64,000 nucleotides of DNA from Gemmatimonadales bacterium (GCA_037189525.1 JBBCJC010000005.1:352001-416000), one strand, 5' to 3'. Positions 9,358 to 18,739 are shown, counted from the stretch's first letter. Made by a program: numbers and translations. The notes: generated by a model not told the origin, from the sequence alone.

Positions 9358-12300
9358 TCAGAGCCCCAGGCTGGCGCGAACGATGAAGCTGCGCGTCGGC
9401 GGCTGCGTAAAATTGTCGCGGGTCAGTGTCTCGATGATGCCGCCAAAACCGTTGACCTCCGGGTCGGAGCCGGAGTACCCCGTCAGGATCCCGAGATTGC
9501 GGACCGCGAACAGCAGCGTCGCGCTCTGCGCACCGACCAGACGGGCTACCCGGGTCGGCGCCAGGTAACTCACCGACAACTCGCGGAATCGGACGAAGTC
9601 GCCCTTCTCGATGAAGCCGTACGGCGTACTGCCGAGCGCCGCCGTTACCCGAGCCACGGCCGCGGCCTGGACATCGAGCGGCGCGGACGGATCGTTGACA
9701 CCCCGGCAGTTGAGCGCGGTGGCGCACCGGGAGGCCTCGGTGCCGTTCTGCACCTTGTGGCCGCCCCGATAGTCGACCTGCCCCGCAATCCGCACCCGGT
9801 GTTTGAACGTGATCGAGGTATTGAAGGCCAGTTCCCGGGTCGGGAACGCCGAGCCGGCGTACACGGCGGTATCACCGACGGTGATTTCGGACGCGGCCAG
9901 CAAGCCGTCGCCGTTGACATCGCCGTAGCTCACGATCGGACGGGCCCAGAATCCGTACAGCGGATATCCGATCGCGATGCGCTGCTCGGTCGAATTGCCA
10001 TGATAGAAGGGCGGGATCGGGTTCCCCTGCGGATCGGTGCCTAGATCGCGCACCCTATTGCGCAGCAGGTTGCCCGTGAAGGTCGCGTCCCACGCCACGC
10101 CGTCGCTCCGGAACGGACGGAGCACCAGCGCAACCTCGAGGCCTTCGTTGCGGGTACTGCCGAGGTTGTACAACTGCGTCGCGGCGACACCGAGCGAGGG
10201 GGCCAGGGTCCGGAAGATCAGCGCGTCGCGGGTCGTCTTCTGGAAGAAGGTCGCCTCGAGCCCGATCGCTCCGCTGGTGGTCGCGAAGTCCAGACCGGCT
10301 TCGATTTCGCTCGACGTTTCCGGGCGCAGATTGCCGTTGCCGGCATTGTTGAGGATTACACCGGGATAGTCGGTGCCTCCGACCGTGGCCGTGACCAGCG
10401 AGAGCGTCTGCAGCGCAGCCGTGATGTTCGAGCCGGTCGGCAGCACACTCGCTTCGCCCCACGCCGCCCGAAGCCGCAAGGTGCCCAGCCAGTCGGGGCG
10501 CGGGAACCAGCTTTCTTCCGACACGAGATAGGACGCATTGAACCGCGGCTGGATCGACGGGGTGAAGTTGGTCCCGACCGACGAAGCCCGGTCGATCCGG
10601 CCGGCCGCCGTTAGAAACAACCGATCGCGAATCGCGACCTGCTGCTCGACCAGCGCACCGACCGTGACCGACGCGATCCGCGACTCGGACGCGGACAGCG
10701 TCCCCGAGCCGGTGATGATCTCGGAGCCGGGAATGAAGTTGGAGCCTTGCGAGGTCTGGCTCTGGAACGAATTGCGGAAGTACTGGAGGCCGGCCGTGGT
10801 GCGAGCCGTGATGCGCTGCCCCAACGGATACGACGCGGTCGCATCGACCGTTCCGGTATACTGCCGGATCGTGGCCAGATCCTTGGCGCGGTTGCCGGTG
10901 GCCTGCCCTGTGGGGCACTCGCCGATCTGGCAGAACTCCTGGTCGGCCCGCTGGGTCAGGTCATAACCGAAGACGCCGCGAACCGACAGTCCGCCAAACG
11001 GACTCCAGGTTCCGGACAGACTCGAGGTGAAGCGTTCGATCCCCTGGGTCAGTCGATCCGAAAAGATTTCGCCGGGTCGATAGGTGCGCCACCCCCCGTT
11101 GGCCTGCGCATCGCCGAAACTGCCCGGACCAAGCAGCGCGTTGTACAGGAGGCCGGTGCCGTTCCCGTCGTTGAGCGGCCGGCGCCAGTTGCTCGACAAA
11201 TACCCGACGCTCGCATTGAGCTCGCCGTTGGCTGCCACCTTGGCCGCCACATTCGATCGGAAACTGTAGCGCCCGTAGAACCCGGGGCGGCGAATCAGAT
11301 CCGGCACACCGTCCTGGTACCCTCGCTCGGCGATGATCCGATCCGCCTCGACCTGAGGCAGCCGGTAAGGACCTTCATCGCTCTCGTACTCCCCGGACAC
11401 GTAGTACCGGACCGCGTCGGTCCCGCCGGATACGTTGGCTCCGTACTGCTGGCGTCGTCCTGACGCGATCGGACTCCGCTCGACGTCGAAGAGCACGCTG
11501 AAGGTGGTCACGCTGTCGATGCTGCAGGTGCCGAGCGCCGCTGCGTAGGTGTAGCAGTTGTGAACCGCGGTACCCGAAGCGTTCCGTCCGTAGCTAGCGT
11601 AGTTGGGCTGGTACCGCTTGGGGTCGGTAATGACGCCCTGCTCGACCGAAAATGTCCAGCGCGGCCCCGACGCCTTGCCGCGTCGGGTGGTCACCAACAG
11701 CACCCCGTTGGCGGCTTCGGGTCCGTAGAGCGTGGAGGCCGACGGCCCCTTGATGACCTGGACGTTCTCGATGTCGTCCGGATTGATATCGTTGAGCCGG
11801 GACGGCGTCTGTGTAAAGGTGGCCCGGGTCGCGGAAATAGTGCTGCTCTCGACTCGCACCCCGTCGACGAACAGGAGTGGCGCGTTGGTGAGCGACACGG
11901 ATGAGATCCCGCGAATGCGGACGATCGCTCCCGATCCCGGCGCACCGGAGGTCGGCGCGATGGCCAAACCGGGCACCCGACCTTGCAGCAGGTCGGACAA
12001 GGTTCGGATCGGCGCTTCGCCCACCAGCGAATCGGCCCCGATCCGTCCGATCGTGTGGCCTAACGCCAGGCGCCGCTGCTCTCCGGTCGCCGTCACGACG
12101 AGTTCACCAAGGTTGTAGGGCAGCGCCACGAGCGCGATGTCGAGCACCGTGGAGCCGCCATCCGTGACGGTAACCGACTGACGACGACTCTGATATCCGA
12201 TGGCCGTGACCTGGACTTCCCGAAGTCCCGGCTCGACCTCGCTCAACCGATACGCTCCGTTCTCGTCGGTAACGGCCTGTTCTCTGGACCCGACGAGGCT

Positions 12301-12501
12301 GACCCGGCCTCCCGCCACCGGCCGTTCCGTTGCCGCATCCCGGACCGTTCCCGAAATCACCGCCGCGGCTCGACGCTGCTGCTGCGCGACTACACCCGCG
12401 GGGCCGCCCTGCGCTGACCCGATGTCCACCCCGCCTATGCCAACCAGGAGCATCAGTGCTCCAAGCGTTCGCGGGATTCGTTTCCCTGCTGAACCGACCA
12501 C
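9358..12501 (-). CDS. SusC/RagA-family TonB-dependent outer-membrane transporter
   Basis: GTG at 12501 with GGAGG 5 nt upstream; carboxypeptidase-regulatory-like N-domain; plug motif SRLNDINPDDIENVQVIKGPSASTLYGPEAANGVLLVTTRRG; YSGSDPEVN near C-terminus. Confidence 0.93.
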   Translation of the reverse strand: MVGSAGKRIPRTLGALMLLVGIGGVDIGSAQGGPAGVVAQQQRRAAAVISGTVRDAATERPVAGGRVSLVGSREQAVTDENGAYRLSEVEPGLREVQVTAIGYQSRRQSVTVTDGGSTVLDIALVALPYNLGELVVTATGEQRRLALGHTIGRIGADSLVGEAPIRTLSDLLQGRVPGLAIAPTSGAPGSGAIVRIRGISSVSLTNAPLLFVDGVRVESSTISATRATFTQTPSRLNDINPDDIENVQVIKGPSASTLYGPEAANGVLLVTTRRGKASGPRWTFSVEQGVITDPKRYQPNYASYGRNASGTAVHNCYTYAAALGTCSIDSVTTFSVLFDVERSPIASGRRQQYGANVSGGTDAVRYYVSGEYESDEGPYRLPQVEADRIIAERGYQDGVPDLIRRPGFYGRYSFRSNVAAKVAANGELNASVGYLSSNWRRPLNDGNGTGLLYNALLGPGSFGDAQANGGWRTYRPGEIFSDRLTQGIERFTSSLSGTWSPFGGLSVRGVFGYDLTQRADQEFCQIGECPTGQATGNRAKDLATIRQYTGTVDATASYPLGQRITARTTAGLQYFRNSFQSQTSQGSNFIPGSEIITGSGTLSASESRIASVTVGALVEQQVAIRDRLFLTAAGRIDRASSVGTNFTPSIQPRFNASYLVSEESWFPRPDWLGTLRLRAAWGEASVLPTGSNITAALQTLSLVTATVGGTDYPGVILNNAGNGNLRPETSSEIEAGLDFATTSGAIGLEATFFQKTTRDALIFRTLAPSLGVAATQLYNLGSTRNEGLEVALVLRPFRSDGVAWDATFTGNLLRNRVRDLGTDPQGNPIPPFYHGNSTEQRIAIGYPLYGFWARPIVSYGDVNGDGLLAASEITVGDTAVYAGSAFPTRELAFNTSITFKHRVRIAGQVDYRGGHKVQNGTEASRCATALNCRGVNDPSAPLDVQAAAVARVTAALGSTPYGFIEKGDFVRFRELSVSYLAPTRVARLVGAQSATLLFAVRNLGILTGYSGSDPEVNGFGGIIETLTRDNFTQPPTRSFIVRASLGL

Positions 12502-12661
12502 AACGTCCTCCAAACCATGAACGTCACGACGCGTCCCCGATCGAGGGGCCTGAGATGGTCCTCGTCGGATCAACGTCCAATTGAGGGAGTTTCCCGTCTG
12601 ACGTCGGCGTCAGCGGTTTCCCTTTATGGTTGATGCGAGATCTGTTCGCTCCACACCGGCT

Positions 12662-12721
12662 TCGATTCCGTGAGCGGAATCGACGGACGCCACGCGATAC
12701 GCCCCGCTGTGCCGGGGCGTA
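12662..12721 (-). promoter_or_regulatory. Two perfect 9-bp hairpins in the leader between the uORF and susC
   Basis: TCGATTCCG-tgag-CGGAATCGA (12662-12683) and TACGCCCCG-ctgtgc-CGGGGCGTA (12698-12721). Confidence 0.55.
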
Positions 12722-12753
12722 CTACGGTGCGCCACTTGCGTCGATGCAGCGGT

Positions 12754-13128
12754 CTACACGACGGGTGGAGCGTGCGACGGAGGCAGGAGGTAACGAGGAC
12801 GGGTCAGTGCGTCGTCCGGCGCCGCGGCGCCGGCGCCGATCACCAGCGTGATCGGCAGATTGCCCAACATGACCTGGCCCGGCGGTACCGTCCCTACGAC
12901 CGCCGCGCCGGTACATGATCCGACACAATGACAGGCAGAGTGACCTTTGTGCTGATGGTCATCCTCTGTTGCGCAATGATGCTCGTTCTGATCGGCCTCG
13001 TGGCTGGTGACGAGCCAAGGCGCATCGACCGGGCAGGGATGGACGATCGGCGCGATGATCCCTGCCAGCAGTGGGGACACCACTAGCAGGTAGGCCAACC
13101 ATCGCATGCGCCGAAGCCGAGCCATCAT
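12754..13128 (-). CDS. DUF2946/CruR/CutF-like His/Cys-rich uORF with Pro-rich C-terminus
   Basis: Hydrophobic N-terminus, EHHCATEDDHQHKGHSACHCVGSC, C-terminal YLLPPSHAPPVV*; directly upstream of a TonB-dependent transporter; TTGGCC-18-TATTTT promoter 6 nt before ATG. Confidence 0.75.
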   Translation of the reverse strand: MMARLRRMRWLAYLLVVSPLLAGIIAPIVHPCPVDAPWLVTSHEADQNEHHCATEDDHQHKGHSACHCVGSCTGAAVVGTVPPGQVMLGNLPITLVIGAGAAAPDDALTRPRYLLPPSHAPPVV

Positions 13129-13185
13129 GAAGCCAAAATAGTCACACCGCGTGCGGCTGGCCAAGCAGCCGGGCAACACCCCCGG

Positions 13186-15405
13186 CTACTTCACCTCGAA
13201 GACCCCCATCATCCCCGCTTCCATGTGCTCGGCGATGTGGCAGTGCATCATCCATTTGCCCGGATTCGACATCTCCACCAGCAGGTCGACCGTGCCACCC
13301 ACCGGAATCAGCGCCGTATCCTTCCAGACCAGATTGGTGCTGGGCACGTCGTTGTGGGTCAGAATCAGGAAACGCTGCCCGTGCAGATGGATCGGGTGCG
13401 ACATCGGGTGCAGCGAGGTGCGGTCGTTCCCGATCCGGATCTTGACCAGGTCGCCGACCCGGAACTTCCAGTCGACCGCCATGTTCTCGTTACCGGTCTT
13501 GGCGTCCCGAAGGACCCACTCGACCTGCTTCGCCGTCGGGAGCCAGTCCATCATCGGCATGGTGCCGGCCCACTCCACCGGATGCGAATACATCACGTCC
13601 CGCCGAAGCATCTGGAGCAGGCCGAACGGCAGTTCACCCAACCGCAGAGTGAGCAGGATTTCGCGATCGGGCGCCTTGTCGATCCAGGCCCGATAGGGCG
13701 CCACCTCAGTCACCACATCCCGGTTGGTCCGCAGCGTTCGGTATTCCTGCTCGTAACTCGGAGCAGCCGGCGCCCCGGCGACCTGCACCACACCGAGCGT
13801 GTCGTGCTCGGGGAAGAAAGCCCCGATGTTGTGATCGATCCCCTGCACCTGGTTCATCATCGCGTACCGGCCGGCCGCGGGGAACCGGACATCGACGATG
13901 TAGCGTTGCGCCGGCGCCAGCGGCACGCTCTCAGTCCAGCTTTCCCGCTCGTACCGGCCGATGTCGGCGCCGACTAACTTCATGGTCGCGCCGGGAATGG
14001 TCCAGTTGAAGGTGCGGGTATTGGACGCATTGGTGAGATAGAAGCGAACGATCTCGCCGGGCCGCGCCTCGAAGCGGTAGTCGGTTTCGCCGTTGACGAG
14101 AAAGACGTTGCCGAACCGGCCCATCAGTGCGTGGGTCGCATGCTCCGCCCCGAACGGCACCAGACCCTGGTCGCCGAGCAGGAGGTCGTCGAGCAGGAGC
14201 GTCTCTTCCCGGTGGACCGGACCGAACGCATCGGGCCGCTTGGGATGCACCAGTATATTGCCGTAGAGCCCCAGATCCTGCTGGATGTCTTCCCGGAAAT
14301 GCGAGTGATACCAGTAGATCCCCGCGTCCTTGAAATGGACCCGGTAGAGATACTCGCCGCCCGCGGGCACCGGGTCCTGAGTGACACCGGGCACCCCGTC
14401 ACTTCGGTTTTCCAGCCGGATCCCGTGCCAGTGCACCGCGCTCGGCTGATCGAGCGCATTCCGGAAGCGCACGGTGACCGTGGCGTTCTCGGCGACCTGC
14501 AACAGCGGGCCGGGATACTGCCCGTTGTAGGCAAACATCACCAGCGTCCTGCCGTTGATGGTCCGGCGGACCAGCGATGCGGTCATCGTGAGCGTGTCGC
14601 CGTCGGCGAGTTTGAGCAGCTCCCGCGGCCGCGCTTCCGGCAGCAGGCGCGCATTCAATCCGGTGCCCGGGAGATACGGCGTTGCCGGAGGCACCAGTTC
14701 ATCGACACCCGGCATCGGCATCATCGGAATGCGGGGATTGTCCGGCGGCATGAACCACTGGGCCGGCGGAACCGTATCCCCACCAACCGCCTGGCCGTGA
14801 CCGTGCGCGCCGTGGCCATGATGCGCCATGCCGGCCGAATCGGCCGTTCCCGCCAGCATCATCATCGAATGCTGCTGCATCCGAATACTGGGTGACATCC
14901 CGCGCAGTACCAGCCGGCCGGCCCGTTCGGTCACATCGGCGGATGCTTCGGCCGTGATGAAGACCAGGAACTTGTCGTCGTTGATCTCACCGATCGGAGT
15001 GCGGCCGTTCTTGACGATGCCCACCTTGCGCATCGGGTCGAGCGAAGGCGGGGTGACCCACGCCACATACGCCGTGTACGGACCGAGCGACGACGGCGGC
15101 GGCAGGTTCTCGACGACGATCGTGGCGTCGTAGCGCTGATTGCCCGCCGCCGTGACCGCCACATCATAGGGAGAGTCCGGACGGCCCAGTTCGACCACAC
15201 CTTTGAGGTCGGGCACCTCGGGACGGGGAATCAGGTCGAGACAGTAGAGGTCGGTGCTGGGGCGAAGTCCGGCCGCCCCGTTCTCTTCACATAGCGGGCG
15301 AGTTCCCGGTACCGGTACGCCGCCCAGGGCCAGCACACAGACACCGAGCGCGACGGCTCGTAACCACCGCCTGGGCCTTCGCATCATTGCATACTCCGGT
15401 CGCAC
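13186..15405 (-). CDS. Multicopper oxidase with extra N-terminal domain and His/Met-rich linker
   Basis: HWHG, WYHSH, HPIHLHG, HCHIAEHMEAGM; linker QQHSMMM...MAHHGHGAHGHG; start could be 15387. Confidence 0.93.
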   Translation of the reverse strand: MRPEYAMMRRPRRWLRAVALGVCVLALGGVPVPGTRPLCEENGAAGLRPSTDLYCLDLIPRPEVPDLKGVVELGRPDSPYDVAVTAAGNQRYDATIVVENLPPPSSLGPYTAYVAWVTPPSLDPMRKVGIVKNGRTPIGEINDDKFLVFITAEASADVTERAGRLVLRGMSPSIRMQQHSMMMLAGTADSAGMAHHGHGAHGHGQAVGGDTVPPAQWFMPPDNPRIPMMPMPGVDELVPPATPYLPGTGLNARLLPEARPRELLKLADGDTLTMTASLVRRTINGRTLVMFAYNGQYPGPLLQVAENATVTVRFRNALDQPSAVHWHGIRLENRSDGVPGVTQDPVPAGGEYLYRVHFKDAGIYWYHSHFREDIQQDLGLYGNILVHPKRPDAFGPVHREETLLLDDLLLGDQGLVPFGAEHATHALMGRFGNVFLVNGETDYRFEARPGEIVRFYLTNASNTRTFNWTIPGATMKLVGADIGRYERESWTESVPLAPAQRYIVDVRFPAAGRYAMMNQVQGIDHNIGAFFPEHDTLGVVQVAGAPAAPSYEQEYRTLRTNRDVVTEVAPYRAWIDKAPDREILLTLRLGELPFGLLQMLRRDVMYSHPVEWAGTMPMMDWLPTAKQVEWVLRDAKTGNENMAVDWKFRVGDLVKIRIGNDRTSLHPMSHPIHLHGQRFLILTHNDVPSTNLVWKDTALIPVGGTVDLLVEMSNPGKWMMHCHIAEHMEAGMMGVFEVK

Positions 15406-15420
15406 GTCGTCAAGCCGGCG

Positions 15421-15987
15421 TCAGTGCGCCCGATTGAGGTATTTGGCGGGAATCGGATTGGTCGCCGTCTCGCTGTCCCAGAAAATGCTGACGATGTAGT
15501 ACCGGGTTCCGTCGGTCATCATCTGGATACTGTTGATGCCCCGCGAAAACGGCTTCTCGTCCTGCAGGGTCCGCTTCGAGTCGTAGCTGCTGAAGGCGTG
15601 CACCACGTTGCCGAAACGCTCTTCGACGCGTCCGATTTCCCGCTCGAAGAACCCGCTTTCCTCCAGGCGCCTGCCGACGGAGGTCGCATACTCATCGGGC
15701 GACCAGTTGGCCGCGATCCGCCCCTTACCCTGCTGATCGCGCCCGGTCGGAACCATTCGGGCCCCCGGCGCAAACAGCGACCGGAACCGGTCCCAGTCAC
15801 GCGCCTGGCCTGCCGGTCCCGAGATCACGTCATACAAGGCCTTGATGATGGCATCGACCGACTCGACGTCTCCCGCCTTGGCCGGCGGAGGTGGCGGCGC
15901 GGCGGGCGCGGCCTGGCCCACCCCGGTGTCCGGTGCCATCGTAGCCAAGGCCACCACACTCATCAGCGAATAGACGAAGGTTCTCAT
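15421..15987 (-). CDS. Secreted hypothetical protein, probable NTF2-like fold
   Basis: Signal peptide; SVDAIIKALYDVISGPAG..RDWDRFRSLF, GFFEREI, RGINSIQ, IVSIFWD. Confidence 0.8.
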   Translation of the reverse strand: MRTFVYSLMSVVALATMAPDTGVGQAAPAAPPPPPAKAGDVESVDAIIKALYDVISGPAGQARDWDRFRSLFAPGARMVPTGRDQQGKGRIAANWSPDEYATSVGRRLEESGFFEREIGRVEERFGNVVHAFSSYDSKRTLQDEKPFSRGINSIQMMTDGTRYYIVSIFWDSETATNPIPAKYLNRAH

Positions 15988-16129
15988 CGGTTCCGACGCT
16001 CCTCACAGACCCAGGAAACCCGCCCCGCCGGCATCAGGCCGCGGGGGACGCCGGCGCAATCTGCCCGATTCCTCCACGGGACGCCAGAGCCGGTCCGCTG
16101 TTATTCTTCGGACCTCGGATCCATCCCCG

Positions 16130-17017
16130 GTGACCGCCATTCGTACCGACGTACGCGACGAAATTCTGGGCGCCGAAGCCGGCAGCCTGTGGACCAAGTT
16201 CCGCCAACCCGGCGGGATGCGGGCGTTGCTGCGTCTGCTCGCCGCGGCTGGCTGGACCGTGTTCCTGTTGCCCGTTCTGATCGTCGGCATGGCTCTCGCC
16301 AGCCCGCGCGCCATCTGGCGGCGCCGGGCTCGCAACCGGGTCGTCCGGCTCTGGGCCCGGGGCCTCGCCTGGATTGCCGGGATGCGGATTCGCGTCTACG
16401 GCACCCCGCCCGCCCCGCCGTTTTTCCTGGTCGCCAACCACGTCAGCTACGTCGATATCCTGCTCCTCCTGGCCACCACCGAAACGACCGTCTTCGTCGC
16501 CAAGCGGGAATTGGCCGAATGGCCCTTTCTCGGCTATCTCACCCGCTTGGTCGGCACGATCTACCTCGATCGCGCGAGCCGCCGGGATGCCCGGCGGGCG
16601 GTGACCGCCATCGAGCACTGCACCCGATCGGGCGACGGCGCCATCGCGTTTCCCGAAGGAACCAGTTCCGACGGCGCGACCATCTATCCGATGAAGGCCG
16701 CGCTGTTCGAATGGGCCGTGGCCGAGTCGCGTCCGGTCCGCACCGCAACGCTGTACTATCAGACGCCGGTCGATGCGCCGCCCGCGCGCACCGCCATCTG
16801 CTGGTGGGGCACGGCGACGTTTCTGCCGCACCTGATCGATCTCTGCCGGCTCCACGGTTTTGCCGGCACCGTGCATTTTCATTCCGACCCGATCCACGGC
16901 GACGATCGCACCGCGCTCGCGACGCTCGCCCGGCAACGTATTGCAGCGTCCTTCGTCCCGCATCTCGAACCTTTGTCTCCAGCGGAAAGCGTCCAGTATG
17001 TCCACTCCTCGCCGTGA
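16130..17017 (+). CDS. Lysophospholipid acyltransferase family protein (PlsC/OlsA-like)
   Basis: NHVSYVD (HX4D), FVAKRE, FPEGT motifs. Confidence 0.9.
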   Translation: MTAIRTDVRDEILGAEAGSLWTKFRQPGGMRALLRLLAAAGWTVFLLPVLIVGMALASPRAIWRRRARNRVVRLWARGLAWIAGMRIRVYGTPPAPPFFLVANHVSYVDILLLLATTETTVFVAKRELAEWPFLGYLTRLVGTIYLDRASRRDARRAVTAIEHCTRSGDGAIAFPEGTSSDGATIYPMKAALFEWAVAESRPVRTATLYYQTPVDAPPARTAICWWGTATFLPHLIDLCRLHGFAGTVHFHSDPIHGDDRTALATLARQRIAASFVPHLEPLSPAESVQYVHSSP

Positions 17018-17660
17018 GTTCCTCGAACGCCTGGCCACCGGCGCCGTCTTTGCCGCCGGCCTGGGCGCCCTCGATCCCGAAACGACCCACGCGCAAGCCG
17101 CGCAAACCACGGAGTGGGACACCCGGTGGCCCGATCGGATCAAAGGGAAACACCGCGCCGTATTCGATGCGCCGGAAATGGAAGCCGGCTTCGGCGTGCT
17201 GCGCGCCGTCATCTGGCGCCGGCAGTACATGGCCGCGCTGGGGGTCGACGGCTCCGACCTGACGGCGGTCGCCGTGATTCGCCATTCGGCCATTCCGCTG
17301 GCGATGAGCCAGGCCTTCTGGGATCGCTACCAGCTCGGGAAAAAGCTCAAGATCAAGGACGAAGAGACCAACAAGATCACGAATCTCAATCCGGTGCTGA
17401 CCTCGGACGATCAGCTCCCGGCGAGCTGGAAGGGGCTCAACCTCGACGGCTTTTTCGCGACCGGCGGGATCGCGCTGGCCTGCGACCTCGCACTTGGCTC
17501 GCTGATCTCGATCGTGGCCAAGGAGGACAAACTGGAGCGGCCCGCCGCGCGGGCTCGGGTCGTCGAGCATCTGTACCCGGGCGTCATCCTGCAGCCGTCA
17601 GGCGTCTTTGCCGTGATCCGCGCGCAGGAAGCGGGCTGCCACTACATCCGGTCGAGCTGA
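16998..17660 (+). CDS. Tat-exported hypothetical protein, possibly DsrE-like fold
   Basis: MSTPRREFL Tat motif; HRAVFD, VIRH, IALACDLAL, PGVILQPSGVFAVIRAQEAGCHY. Confidence 0.75.
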   Translation: MSTPRREFLERLATGAVFAAGLGALDPETTHAQAAQTTEWDTRWPDRIKGKHRAVFDAPEMEAGFGVLRAVIWRRQYMAALGVDGSDLTAVAVIRHSAIPLAMSQAFWDRYQLGKKLKIKDEETNKITNLNPVLTSDDQLPASWKGLNLDGFFATGGIALACDLALGSLISIVAKEDKLERPAARARVVEHLYPGVILQPSGVFAVIRAQEAGCHYIRSS

Positions 17661-17674
17661 CGCCGACACCACTC

Positions 17675-17719
17675 ACGAAAACGGGGGACCCGGCAACCTG
17701 CCGAGTCCCCCGTTTTCGT
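17675..17719. terminator. Bidirectional intrinsic terminator
   Basis: ACGAAAACGGGGGAC...GTCCCCCGTTTTCGT inverted repeat between convergent genes. Confidence 0.8.
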
Positions 17720-17731
17720 TTCGAACAACCC

Positions 17732-18739
17732 TCAGCGACCGGGATTGAAGAGGAAGAAGTCGTAGGCGGCCCGCGCTGCCTGCGCAATGGCGCGTTCCTG
17801 CACCGGCGTCTCGCGGGTCGAGCGCTTGACGAAGGCGCTCACGACGACATGACCGCCGTTGTTCGGCAGTTCGATGATCCCGACATCGGCTGCTACACCC
17901 AGGCCGAGCGTTCCGGTCTTGTGAGCCACGCGGATATCGGGAGGCAGCAGGCCCTTGATCCGGGCGTCGCCGGTTTCGCAGCGATACATGATGTCGAGCA
18001 GGAGCGCCGTGCTGGCCGGGCTCAGCGCCTCGCCTTTGAAGATCTTCCGAAGCAGCGTCGTCATCCCTTCCGGGGTCGCCGTATCCCGCTTGTCGGCATA
18101 GAATCGGTCGACCGCCGCCTTCCGCTCCTCGTCGGTCCGAGGCCGAGGCAGGCTCCGGAACAGGCCGGGGCTCCACTGCCCTTCCGGAGGCAGATTGGTG
18201 ATCCCGACGGCATCGGCAATCAGATTGAGGGTCGGACGATCGGCCGAGACGCCGCGGACACCGAGCGCCGCCATCCGTGCATTGACGCGCTCCCCGCCGC
18301 CCACGACCCTAAACAGAATATCGGTCGCCGAGTTGTCGCTGATCAGCAGCATCAGCTCGAGCAGATTCCGAATCGAGAGCGCCACACCCGGATCGTCGAA
18401 CAGCCGCGTCAAGGTCCCGCTGCCCGGATGCAGGTCACTCGGTTCCAAGGTGATCATGCTGTCGAGCCGGAGCCGGCCTTGGTCGACCTGATGCAACAAT
18501 TCCACCGCGAGCGGGACTTTGACCGAACTGGCCATCGGGAAATGATCACCGGAGCCCACGAAGACTTCACGTCCGGTTTCGATGTGATGAATGCCGACCC
18601 CCAGCACACCGCCCGAGATCGGCGCCACCCGTTCGATTTCGGCTTTGAGGAGATCGAGTCGGCCACCTTGGGCAGCGACGGGCGTGGCGGCAACGCCGAG
18701 GGCGACTGCCACGCCGACAGTTCGGAGGAGAGTCCGCAT
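17732..18739 (-). CDS. Class A beta-lactamase-like serine hydrolase
   Basis: Signal peptide; FPMASSVK (SxxK), SDN, RDTATP, HKTG; Omega loop atypical. Confidence 0.88.
   Translation of the reverse strand: MRTLLRTVGVAVALGVAATPVAAQGGRLDLLKAEIERVAPISGGVLGVGIHHIETGREVFVGSGDHFPMASSVKVPLAVELLHQVDQGRLRLDSMITLEPSDLHPGSGTLTRLFDDPGVALSIRNLLELMLLISDNSATDILFRVVGGGERVNARMAALGVRGVSADRPTLNLIADAVGITNLPPEGQWSPGLFRSLPRPRTDEERKAAVDRFYADKRDTATPEGMTTLLRKIFKGEALSPASTALLLDIMYRCETGDARIKGLLPPDIRVAHKTGTLGLGVAADVGIIELPNNGGHVVVSAFVKRSTRETPVQERAIAQAARAAYDFFLFNPGR

Noticed and set aside
9353..9727. N-terminal extension of the SusD ORF overlapping susC
   Set aside because: The lipoprotein signal peptide begins at ATG 9352; the upstream part is an alternate frame of susC.
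17732..18739. Functional antibiotic resistance gene
   Set aside because: Lacks Glu166, so beta-lactamase activity cannot be assumed.
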